DNA of 63,987 nt, counting the filler, from Folioceros fuciformis (Eukaryota), in NCBI GenBank assembly GCA_049999805.1. It is 21 parts of 21 records of this genome, joined end to end, with 100 filler letters (N's around TTAATTAATTAA, not from the genome) between each part and the next. Parts side by side here need not be neighbours in the genome. Positions count along the whole stretch, not along the records: positions 12,607 to 15,618 come from JBNGIO010006794.1; positions 15,719 to 17,139 come from JBNGIO010006795.1; positions 17,240 to 20,556 come from JBNGIO010006796.1; positions 20,657 to 21,913 come from JBNGIO010006797.1; positions 22,014 to 23,442 come from JBNGIO010006798.1; positions 23,543 to 28,668 come from JBNGIO010006799.1; 15 more parts are not named here. The stretch is one strand, 5' to 3'. Below are positions 12,607 to 23,757 of the stretch, piece after piece (the first letter of the stretch is position 1; each line of letters starts with the position of its first letter). The position numbers and the translations under genes were made by a program. The notes beneath the pieces were generated by a model. That model did not search any database. It was not told the DNA's origin and saw nothing but the letters and a program-made list of their open reading frames with translations.

Positions 12607-13723
12607 GGAGGCCGGCGAGACGGAGACGGGGTCCGGCATTCCCCGGAGCTCCAGCGGCGAGGACATCTGCAGGTGAGATATGGCTGTGGGAGCTGGGAGC
12701 TGGGGATGGATGAGATGGAATGGTGGAGTAGGTCTCTCATGGCTGCTAAGCTGGTTGGCAGGATCTGTCACTTTAGAAGTCAAGAGCCGCTAATTCAATT
12801 GGGAATTTCGTGTCGGGGTGCATTGGCTGTAGCCCATCGGCCATGCATAGACACATGGGTTGCCAGAAGGGTCAGCAACCAGTGCGATATATGCATGTAA
12901 CGTTGCCGACATCCTCATCTTCCCCTAACGTCTGTTTCGTATGTCCTTCCCTCTCAGACTCATGCCCTGTTTTCTCTTTAGGGAGATTCGCCGGAACGTC
13001 CTTCCTGAGTGTTTCCAACTAGGAGTAAGTTTGAGTTTCCTTGCCGCCAGCTAGTTCACAGTCCTGTTTCTGCAACTCTGTTTCGTTTGTATCACAATCT
13101 TCATGTCAAGCAAGGCTGATCTGCTCCTGATTGTGATGCACAGTGTCTAGTTCATCCGCTCTGGATGGGCGTGACGACCGTCGGCAGCAGCATGCTCCAT
13201 GACGAACTAATGGACGTATATGTTCGGGCTTCTGGTTTTCCTCGGATGATCATTTCAGTAATACTTCGTACGTCAATGCTTGTGGCAAAATACAGCGTGA
13301 AGCCTTTCATCAAGCATGCCGTGAATCACATGTGAATTACTGGATTATCACAGTTTGGAAAGGGACCAAAAGCAGGGCACATGACTTGCCCTTTATTTAC
13401 TGCGGTCCGTCCAATGTTGCAGGGGCCTTGATTGTCTTGGGTATAGCCACAAGTCTTCATCTTTTATTGGAATGCTGGCGAGCTCGTCGAAGTGTCGTAC
13501 GTGCACGAACTACGCAAATCCAACCCACACCATCAGCCATGATAAACGGGGAGGTATGGATGTTGAGCGCGCTACAAGTAGCAGTCTCCTGTTCTTCTTC
13601 ACTGGGACATGCTTCACCGTAATATACTGTACCCTACAGGCTCTACAGGACGACGGTAGCTCCACCACTGCTGCTTCATCGCAGCTACACAGATCACGAG
13701 AGATGGATGTAGCCATGATCTGA
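12607..13723 (+). CDS. Diverged paralog of the RING-CH gene (third RING Cys lost, one exon deleted, TM exon remodelled); gene or young pseudogene
   Basis: Reverse-complement homolog of about 11055-12410 including introns. Exons at <12607-12672, 12762-12896, 12982-13024, 13144-13258/13267, about 13423-13553 and about 13640-13723. No in-frame stop is seen if the GTACGT donor at 13268 is used. Confidence 0.75.
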
Positions 13724-14609
13724 GCCTACCGGCACTGTGCAATTGACACTCAACCGTTGGGAATCTTCTCAGGACATCACTGGCGCGTGGAGAAGGTTGT
13801 TCGCAAAACGGGCAGTCAGACCTCGGCAAAGCCCCGTTTTCTTAACAACTTTGCCCCGAAACCTTGGAATAAAAGGGGCAGTTTTCAAAGAAAATGGCTT
13901 TGAGCCTCCAGGTGAACTGAAAACAGTGGCGCCCAGGAATCCTAGTTTTCTTTAGAAAAATGGCTTTTAGATTTTTTTTCCTAAGAAAAAACTGATTTTC
14001 TGCTCTATGTACTAGATAATATTTTTTTTGATGTATTATATTGTATATTAAAAACTTAAGAATGTTAATACGAATCATAAATCAAATAACATAAACTTTT
14101 AATAAGGAACAACTTTCAACAAGATTCAAAGTATTCATAATATATACTCATACATAATAAAACCTTCTTTTGCATATATGCTCAACTTTCTCCACTATGA
14201 ATTAGGGTTCCAGAGAGAGGAGTATGGATAACGATGATGCTTGAGTAAGTAACATTGCTTGAAATTCCATGGTCAATGCTCATGTGTAGTGTTTGTCCTC
14301 CCTCCCAAAACGTGCAATGAAGAACATGTAATTTGGACTTTGCATATATGTCTTAGCTTGAAGTGTATTTTGCTTGGGAAATCCTCTCTTTTGGTATTGG
14401 AAGTATGAAGCATTCAATGAGGTTCACTTTTGTGAAACAAAGTAGCAGGCGAAAGAAGGGGGCTAGCACAACTTGCTAAATTCTAGCTTAAATGTCACTC
14501 TATCACGATGAGATACAAATAATAAATTTCTAAATTAAAGTTACTGAATCCAACTACTGAATTCTAGCCAAGGATTTAAACATTGAAGACTCTTTGTTCC
14601 AACTTGCTC

Positions 14610-15257
14610 TTAGGGGTACAAGGGAATCCATCTCCAAGTAATAGGCATGTTTCGCAAATCTACAACCAATATCTTACATTCAAATGTGTCTAGCATGATA
14701 TATACTTGGTCCTGGCCAGCCACTATCTTAATTTTGTCACAACATGTGATGAATTTTTTACCAGTTGTCCTCCAAGGTAGGTCATCATCATATACATACA
14801 AGGGGCTGAGTATGCTAGCAGGCAAAGAGGCCACCTTCCTCCACGCCATCTTTGCAAAATTCAATTCCCATATTCGAATGTCCAACATATCCTTGTTTGG
14901 ACTTTGAAAAAGACACCTAAGTAATACTAAGCATAATAGTCGCTCTCGCACAACGATGGGTCCATAGCAAGAATGGAGGTACGATAAGGGCCGTAATAGT
15001 TCATCCCTTGGGTAGGACTCATTGAATTGGCTCCACCTATTTTGCTCCAAATCATAGGTCACTACACTTGCACCAGCGGTTATGTTGTACAGAATGTTTC
15101 CTACAAACACTCCTTGGTACGTTGGGATGTTTGCCATCTTACTTTCCCAAAACCAAAAGTTCGAAGTGCATATGGTCAGGTTCCACTTCTTGAGTGCGAA
15201 ATCAAAGACAAAAGTTCGTATGGGGTCTGACAAAGTCTTGCATGTGTCCTTCACCAC
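14610..15257 (-). pseudogene. C-terminal beta-propeller/FBA-like part of an F-box protein, interrupted at its 5' side by a retrotransposon poly(A) end
   Basis: TFVFDFALKKW, GVFVGNILYNI, VVTYDLEQNRWS, IRIWELNFAKMAWRKVASLP, ILVVDL...WRWIP are typical of plant F-box/kelch-like C-termini. The ORF begins immediately after an A12 tract. Confidence 0.7.
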
Positions 15258-15618
15258 TTTTTTTTTTTTGAAAAAGAGATGGAAAGTCCAATCTACTCCA
15301 AAGATTGGAGAAACAACCCCATTAGGGCAAAAGGCAAAAAGTGGTACTCTCCCCTGCGAATATCATTTTCAAAAACTACCTACTGCTCCCAAAATGTCAT
15401 GATGTGGAATAACAAAAGGCCTACCTACCACCGGTGCCAAAGAAGTCGCTTGACCTGCGCTTGTTGCTGTTCTAAAAACTGCATTGGCCAATGCTCGTTG
15501 CAAAACAATGGATATACGTTGTCGAAAGAAGGCCACCACAGAGGAAAGAGGGAGAACACCATTCCTATTGCTCTAATAAACCTTGGCGCACTCCTTGATA
15601 AACCTTGACAAGTCCTTG
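15258..15618 (-). mobile_element. 3' end of a CRE-clade (RLE-type) non-LTR retrotransposon with poly(A) tail
   Basis: Minus strand encodes ...VVAFFRQRISIVLQRALANAVFR..., resembling the C-terminal QRLSxxxQRxxA motif after the RLE of CRE elements. A 3' UTR and A12 (T12 at 15258-15269) follow. Confidence 0.75.
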
Positions 15619-15718
15619 NNNNNNNNNNNNNNNNNNNNNNNNNNNNNNNNNNNNNNNNNNNNTTAATTAATTAANNNNNNNNNNNNNNNNNNNNNNNNNN
15701 NNNNNNNNNNNNNNNNNN

Positions 15719-17139
15719 GCCCACCAACTGACCTCCTCACACACACCTAGCCAAAACCCATTGGCAAAGGCAAAAAACAAATACCTCCAAGAAGCAGCCA
15801 AGGCCATACTTTATTAATCTAGTTTATCCAAGCCATATTGGGCAGATGTAGCACAAATTGCAACATATGTGCAAAACCGCTTGCCCACCTCTTCTTTCAT
15901 AGGAGCTACCCCATATGAGCGGTGGATAGGTCATAAACCATCCATTTCACATCTGAAAATATTTGGCAGTCGTGTGTATATGCACATCCCAAAGACCCAA
16001 CAGAGGAAGCTGGATTACCAAGCCCATGCTATGACCTTCATTGGATATACTGAGGGTATCAAAGGGTATAAGGTATATGATCCTAGCTCTGGCCATGTCA
16101 CTCACACCTGTGTTGGTATATTTGATGAAAATAGCTTATTGGTTGTGGCTTGTGCTAGAGAGGGGGGCCGAAAGGATGCGATGACTGACTCTTAGGTTAT
16201 TGAACTCCATAGCGATAGTGACTCTGAACTTGAGCAAATAATTCCATGTGTGAGTCAACCACAAGCAACTCTACCACAATCCCCAAGCCATACCTCAACT
16301 CCAAGCTTAAATCCACCACCACAAGTTGACACTGATGCTGGTGATGCATTTGAGGCCAATGCAAGTGAGGGTGAAGCTGATACCAATGTGCTAACACAGC
16401 CTGAACCTGGTCAGCTTGCTACGCTTAGGAGGTCAGTGAGACACCACACAAGCTCTCCCTTGGAATGGAGTCAAGTGCCGCTTGCCATGGAAGGGCACAT
16501 ACAGCCAAATGCAAATACGAATGTCATGTTGGCTCAAATACTCATAGTAGCCCAAGACCTAGGTGAACTAGCATCCTACAAAGAAGCCATCAACTCATTG
16601 GAGAAGGAGCAGTGGCAGGCAGCAATCAAATTAGAGTATGATTCTCTCATTGAGAACGAGACGTGGGAATTAGTTGATCTACCTCATGGAAGGAGGCCGA
16701 TTTCAAACAAATGGGTGTTCAAAAGGAAACTCAACCTTGATGGCAGTACATCTAGGTTCAAAGCTAGACTAGTGGTGTGTGGATTCTCCCAGAGAGAAGG
16801 GATAGACTACAATGAGACCTTCTCCCCCATTGTGCGTGCGTCATCATTAAGGACACTCATGGCCATCGCTGCCCAGGAAGGTTACCACATCCACCAGATG
16901 GATGTACAGACGGCTTTCCTTAATGGCCTCCTTGAAGAAGAGGTATACATGATGCAGCCTGAAGGTTACATTGATGCCAAGCACCCAAGCAAGGTTTGTA
17001 GGCTGAAGAAAATGCAGTATGGCCTCAAGCAATCGAATCGTGGGTGGAACTTTGTGGTTGCACAAATATCTTGTAAGGAGAGGGTTTAAGCAATTAGATG
17101 CTGATGGCAGTGTCTATGTATATAAGAAGAAAGGGCAGA
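15719..17139 (+). mobile_element. Ty1/Copia pol remnant (integrase C-terminus plus reverse transcriptase), degenerate
   Basis: TPYERWIGHKPSISHLKIFG, FIGYTEGIKGYKVYDP, EYDSLIENETWELVDLP, KWVFKRK, RFKARLVVCGFSQREGIDYNETFSP, HQMDVQTAFLNG and YGLKQ, with internal stops. Confidence 0.95.
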
Positions 17140-17239
17140 NNNNNNNNNNNNNNNNNNNNNNNNNNNNNNNNNNNNNNNNNNNNTTAATTAATTAANNNNN
17201 NNNNNNNNNNNNNNNNNNNNNNNNNNNNNNNNNNNNNNN

Positions 17240-19760
17240 CCATGCTCGCTTCAGCCTGCACTACGCGGAGGTAGCCACCCTCGTGGCCCTCATCTCCTAC
17301 GACCAGGACGATATCAGCCGCGCAACAGCGCTCTTGAACGAGACGGAAGTGCTGGCGGTGCAGCAGGCGCAGAAATGGAAGAGCCACAGCAACCTGCGCA
17401 AAGTGAACGAAGCCGTGACCAATATCAAGAAGTGGGCCATCGGCAACACCAAGAAGATGGGCCAGGCCATCGGCCAGGCTCTGCCTCTCCAGATCCCGCT
17501 CCCCCGTCCGGGAGGCGGCTCCGGCTCCGGTTCTGCATCCTCGCCTTCCGTCGTCGGTCCTAACCTTCCCTCAAACCCTAGCCCTAACGCTAACCCTAGC
17601 CCTAGCAGCACCGCCGCTGCCGTGTCTTCGTCGGAGGAGGCAGAGGAGGAGGCGACGGAAGATGTGCCTCACAGCAAGGAGGACCTGAAATGGATCCACC
17701 GCTCCCGCAGGGCGCGCCTCTGGGCCCTTCTCTTTCAGGCGGAATGTTACCTCATGAACTCGCTGCTGCAGATCGTGGGAGCCGGCGAGAGCTGGAGCGC
17801 CATGTTGAAGTTAGGGTACAGCCTGCAGCGCACCTGGAGCATTTACAGGCACTGCCAGGCCAAGCTACGGCAACTGTTCAAGCAATGGGTAGAGCTGGAA
17901 GGCTCCTTCGGGCTGCCCCCGGCAGCCATGGCGGCGGCAACGGCAGCAGCAACAGCAGCTGCTGCCGCAGCGCAAGCCGCGGGAGGAGCAGCAGGAGTCG
18001 GCACTGGCAGCAGCCGCAGTAGTAGTATCCAGGACGTGGCCGTGTCTGGACGCGTCTTGGAACACTCTGTCTCGCTTCCTCCCAGGCCGCCCCCGGCCTA
18101 CGAGGAGTGCAGCAAGCCGCTCAAGTGGAACCAGAAGGCGGACGCGGCCCCCGGGGCGGAGACCGGCGTGTCCTCGCCCTCTGCGGCGACCGGGCCCGCG
18201 GACGAGCTGGAGGTGCTGGACCCGGGGAAGGGCGTGAGAGAGGACCGGGAGCTGAGCCGGCTGCGGATGGGAGTGGAATTTGGGGCGGGGGCCTTCAACC
18301 TCCTGGTGTCCCTCATCCCCTCCACGTACCAGAAGGCGGTGGAGGTTATGGGCGCGCCGGCCGACCGGGCGCGGGGGCTGTCGCTTTTGCAAAAGGTGGC
18401 GCGGTCGCAGCACCCCCGGGCGCCGCTCGCTTCGCTCTTCCTTCTCCACTACCACACCGTGGTGATGGGTCTGTTCCCCTACGCGCCGGAGCACAGCAGG
18501 AGCGCGGAAGCTACCCTTGCGGCGTTGCCGCCTTCTCTGGCCCAAGCCACGCTCTTCAAGGTGATGCGCTCCCGCCTCTGCCGCTACGAGGGCGCCGTCT
18601 CCAGGGCAGTGGAAGCGATGGGGCCTTTGCCATCTCCCGGTAGCAGTGAGAACTGGCTGGAAGAGCAGGGAATCAGTCGCCGGCTCCGGCATGCTCTACT
18701 GGAAGAGCTGGGATGGTGTCTGCTCCTGCAAGGGGATTTCCGCAAAGCGGCAGACTGTTTCCGACAGCTCTTCCAGGACACGGTCTGGTTCAAGCCCATG
18801 TATGCTTACCTACAAGCAGCGTGCATGTGGGATGCGGAGGATCCGCAGCTGCGGGACGAGGCGGCCGGGCTGTTGCGTGACATCCCGATGCTGGCTTCAG
18901 CCAAGAAGCTGGCGCTGGAGCCGGTGGAGCAGCTCGGGGTGGGTGTGGCAGGCGCATTCGTGGGTTCTAACCAGGCGCCCCTCTTCCCCGCCCTGGAGGT
19001 GGCCGCGTTCTACAACGGGTTTCAGCAGATGGAGAAGCCGGCTCTGGAGCGGCACCGGCAGAATGTGGAAGACTGTCTCAGGTCCAGCCGGCTCGGGAAG
19101 CGGGGATCCGATTTCGTGGACGAGTTCAAGATGAATGCCCTGGACCAGGTGGTGGGCGTCGTGTCTGCCAGGCCTGCCGATTATCCTGAGGCTAGCAGCG
19201 GCAGCGGCATGGCCAGCAGCACGGGTGCTGCTGCTTCTGCTCCTCCGTCACAATTCGAGCACAAGTGGTCTAAGGTGAGCAAGCTCAGCTGCAGGTACTT
19301 GCTGGCGTTGTGCCAACTGAACTTGGGGGAGAAGCAGGCCGCCGTGGACAACTTCCGGTATGTTGTCGCAGCCACGGACGTTGTGCCGGGCAACGTGGTG
19401 CCCTACAGCTGCTACGAGCTCGGGTCTCTGATGCTCCAGGCTGATCACAAGTCGGAGGAGGGGTTCGAGCTGCTGGATCGGGTGAGCTCTTACCCTCCCC
19501 ATGAATTTCAAAGCCGCCTCAAGTTCATCATCACTGAAACCATCAAGATGTATGGGGGGACTTTGCCCGAGCCCAAGCCTGAACCTGTCGATCCTGACTC
19601 CCCACCTGGCGGCCCCGGCCTGGACCCCAAGAAGGGCAACATCTTTTCTAAAGCTGCCGTCAACCTTGGCAATCTGGGAAATTTGGGAAATCTGGGCAAC
19701 ATCAGCAATAGTCTGGCAAACATGAACCCATTCAGTAAGAAGGCAGGTGGTGACGCTTGA
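17240..19760 (+). CDS. Iml2/TTC39-family (DUF3808) TPR protein, intronless over the visible part, 5'-truncated
   Basis: Open frame from the gap (HARFSLHYAEVATLVALISYDQDDISRA). Motifs AECYLMNSLLQI...ESWSAMLKLGYSLQRTWSIYRHC, GVEFGAGAFNLLVSLIP...KAVEVMGAPADRARGLSLL, RAPLASLFLLHYH, W..PMYAYLQAAC and VPYSCYELG match my recollection of TTC39/Iml2. Confidence 0.85.
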
Positions 19761-21098
19761 AAACGAACACATACTCCCTGAATAGTGACACCCAGTTGTT
19801 GGAAAACTTATCACAAATTATCATGGTAAGGCATGAGAGAGGCATTCCCTGACGACCACTTCGCCACACCAAAAACGTAGCTTCCAACAGTCTTCACATC
19901 AGAACATTGGCACCAGAAAGGGCGAGCTTGCAACCTCACAACAAGCAACGGCCAGCTTTCAGGATGTGTCCGTCGGATACCATTTCAAGAGGCGCTGATC
20001 AGAACATCCAGCCCAACCTGCTGGTGTGCAGTGCCAGATGGTTCGTACTTGGTGCGACTTGGTCTTCCGGGTCCTGCAGCATTCCTATCCCGGTATTGGC
20101 ACAACTTGGGCCACCGGCGAAGGCAGAGTTTATTCCAAAAGATGTTGAAACCTCGACTACCTTTTCGGTTTGGTGGGCTTACATAAGGTTCAGATTGTGC
20201 TCTCGGAACAAACCCTGCATAGCATTTACAACCAGCTTACAGGCCTTGCTGCCAGTGCCAAGGTATATTGCAAACAGGCATTCGTGTGCCTCCTCCTCGT
20301 CCTCACTTAGGAGACAGATTAAGTCAAGAACAGCATCCTCCACTCATCGTCACACAATTGAGCTTGCTGCGTCTTATTGGTATTGCACATGGCATACCAA
20401 AGGGCACATTCTCTCACTATATATTTTTTAATGTTTTCCCATGGCGTAGCTATCCAAATATTCTCTTTTGATGTCTATATTTTTTTCTCTCATTTTTTAA
20501 CGACCAAATTGGACTCTACACCCAGAGGAAAAAAAAACATCATAACTCTTCGTTTTNNNNNNNNNNNNNNNNNNNNNNNNNNNNNNNNNNNNNNNNNNNN
20601 TTAATTAATTAANNNNNNNNNNNNNNNNNNNNNNNNNNNNNNNNNNNNNNNNNNNNAGCTCTTCCTCCGCTCCAGCATTCTCCCTGGCCTCTCGATGTTC
20701 ACAAATTCCAATTTCCTTGGGGTATTTTCCTTCACCCGCCCACCCTCTAATAATAATTTATTAAATCAAACCTGGGCTGCAACCGGGGTCCATATAACAT
20801 GCACCTTTTCATCCACCCTGTATAAAATCGTTCATACTACATCCTCTGTCATTGTAAACAGATTCCTTTCCTTCCATCAAAACCCAAGACACTCGTTCAC
20901 AATCCCGGGTCCTCATTTCCATGAGAGTCGTTTAACACTTCCATCCTACAGCACAGTACCAAGAAGCAAAGCAAACACATAATTTATGGCTTTCATATGC
21001 TATGTCAAGTACAAACATAGGGCAACTGTATTTCAAATTGGGACTCATGACAAAAGAACTAAATGAAGATTAGGGTGCATGGATTCGAAGCCATGACT

Positions 21099-21212
21099 CA
21101 ATAGTACACAAAGACAACACTCCAAATGGGTTCCTTTGTCTTTGCCTTTGTGATCCAATAGTACACAAAGACAACACTCCAAATGGGTGCCTTTGCCTTT
21201 GTCTTTGTGAAT
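21099..21212. repeat. 57-bp tandem duplication in an AT-rich, unassigned contig
   Basis: caatagtacacaaagacaacactccaaatggg... occurs twice head-to-tail. Confidence 0.85.
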
Positions 21213-22013
21213 CACTTCCTGGGATAGGAAGAGCGTAATCTAAATGGGTTTCTTTGTGAACGCATGTTCCTTTACTTTGGGCACCTTTGTGGGAATTTAT
21301 ATAGCCCAAAAGTACAAAGTAATACCTGATCTCAAAACTTTTGTTGACGCTGGAGTTGTGATGATAGTTGAGCATGTGGAAAGGGAATATCGCAAGCTCC
21401 ATAGAATAGAGGGAGATTAAAGGACCCAACCTTAGACCTTTAGAGAGACAAGTGTTATAGTATTCGTGGGAACTTGAACTAACACTAATGCTTTGATCTT
21501 GCGATAAGGTGGATTCCTTCCTTTGATAGTGTGCAATTAATGCTTCTCAAGTGCAAGGCATCTACATTCCTCTATTTAGCCTTCCCATAAAGCCCTATAT
21601 TGGTGTACAAAAATCGTGTATGACATCCCATTTATCATCAATATTCAATCCTCAAGGCCACTAGCCCCCTTTTATCTAGGTCCTCTAATGAGTTTTCTTC
21701 TATTGGATTCCTTTCCCACATCTTGGTGCAAATGAAACTGCCCATCTTGCCATATTCAACATGCCTCCATTCTTTTCTTGAAAAGTAGGTATCTTTCACA
21801 TAGTTTCATGAATGTTGCATCATAATTTTAGGGTTCATATCTACAATCATCTTTGTTTCCTCAGTATTGTCCCTACTATTGAGTTGTGCTGTGAATATAA
21901 ATGATCATGGTTTNNNNNNNNNNNNNNNNNNNNNNNNNNNNNNNNNNNNNNNNNNNNTTAATTAATTAANNNNNNNNNNNNNNNNNNNNNNNNNNNNNNN
22001 NNNNNNNNNNNNN

Positions 22014-22930
22014 CTCCTGAATATTGAAGGTAGGCAGTGATGCTTGAAGAGGACCAAACCCTACGTTTAGACAGCTTAACCCTCAACCCCACCTTTGAGA
22101 ACTTCGAGGAGAAGAAATCAAATGCTGCTTTGACTTTTACTTCTGGCCCAAGAATATGAGTGTCATCAAGCACGAAGGGGAAAAGGCATTCCCACAATGC
22201 CAAGGCAGCATAAGATAATGCTCAAAAATTTGCCGTTGCAAAAAACAACACCCCCCACCAGACCCCCTCGCCTTGTGCTTGTTGCTAAATAAAAAACTCG
22301 AAACTCCTTAATGGTCAAGCCGTGTTGGTTGTAGAGATTGGATGGCGAGCTATAGAAGGAGCGAACAAAAGGAATGAGACAAGTCAATTGACCTCCTGAA
22401 CTCTTGAGCTCCGAGAAGATGGCAACCCTAGAGAAGGTGTTGAAAGCATTCTCAATATCAACTTGCAAAGCTACTTAGTAAGGATGCAACTCAAGGGCTC
22501 TCAAGATGCCAAGGGCAACAAATTCACACCCACCTGGGCTAGCAATCCTAAATTGGTGGGGTGCAAGATGCCCTTAGAAGTGCTTCTAAAGTTGAATTGA
22601 GATATCATACTTTGGTTGATGAGGCATAGAAACATGTCCCCCACGACAATAGGACGCACTTATGAGGTGGGATTTTCCAACACTACCAGCTTACAAGCCG
22701 CCAAAGCCTAAGAGATTTGATTGGGAACTTTGGCCCTAGCCATAGCAGCCACTAAAGCCCAAGAGATTTGATAGGGAACTTCAGCTCTAGCCATAGTAGT
22801 CACAAGTGTAAAAAGCTATGAAAAGCCACTTGAAGGATCATTAGGAGAAAAATAATCATGAAAATGGTCATAAACTATGACAGGCAAACCTCTTGAAGAA
22901 AGCTGTGGCTTAGTAGATAGTGCATGACAA
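22014..22930 (-). mobile_element. CRE-clade non-LTR retrotransposon reverse transcriptase, degenerate
   Basis: Minus-strand fragments VRPIVVGD, LAPHQF...PGGCE, QVDIENAFNTFSR, LIPFVRSFY, LDDTHILGP and VGLRVKLSK are the RT signature of CRE elements. Stops and frameshifts are present, plus a ~51-bp internal tandem duplication at about 22700-22800. Confidence 0.85.
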
Positions 22931-23757
22931 AAAAAAACCCTATCCAAAGAAAAGGCTCCTCAACCGTGTAGTTGAGAAGATCTTACACAACACTACATTA
23001 CATATAAAACAAGGTCTGATCAAAACAATCTGATTTCGCTATTTCAGGCTTTGCCGGATTTGGACATTTGAAATTCGTGTCATGTATCCACATTTATGTG
23101 CATTTATTTTTGGCGATACATAAATGTGTAGAAAAAAATGTCTCGCGTAATAGCGCACACATCTTGTATTGTGTCAATATATGCGGATTTGCCGGTGTCC
23201 ATAAATACAAATCCATGACTGAATGTAGTAATCGGGCGGCTATCACCTCATTTGAGTTTTGTCCCATTTCATGTTTAGTCTTTAGTGTTTGATTTATTTG
23301 TTTTCCTATTTGGGCTATTTCACGCAAATCATCACACTTGCATATCTGCTTTTCTTTTCAATCAATTGTAGCGTGACAGTGCACCGGTCAACCAGCGCAC
23401 TCTATGATAGGGGTGCGCCGGTCTACTAGTGCACGAGCATGANNNNNNNNNNNNNNNNNNNNNNNNNNNNNNNNNNNNNNNNNNNNTTAATTAATTAANN
23501 NNNNNNNNNNNNNNNNNNNNNNNNNNNNNNNNNNNNNNNNNNGGGAAGGGAAGGGAAGGGGGGTGTGTGTATGGGGAGGATTGCAGGTTGTGGTTGGGAC
23601 TTGTGTCGTGGAGAGGAGAGGTAAGGAGGGGAGAGCAGGAGGATTATGGTGGAATGCTGGAGTCGGGCTCTTGGTGGGTTTATTTTGCGCGGGCGGGGAG
23701 GGTGGAACGGAGGATAGCTGGGTAGGAGCAGCAGTAGGAGGACGACGATCTGTGGGA

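Noticed and set aside
11055-13806. Apparent large inverted repeat (hairpin/siRNA locus) formed by the two RING-CH copies
   Set aside because: The arms lie on different contigs across a spacer, so relative orientation and proximity are unknown.
17865-18692. Long antisense and alternative-frame ORFs over the TTC39-like gene
   Set aside because: These are shadow ORFs expected from high GC content, with no motifs.
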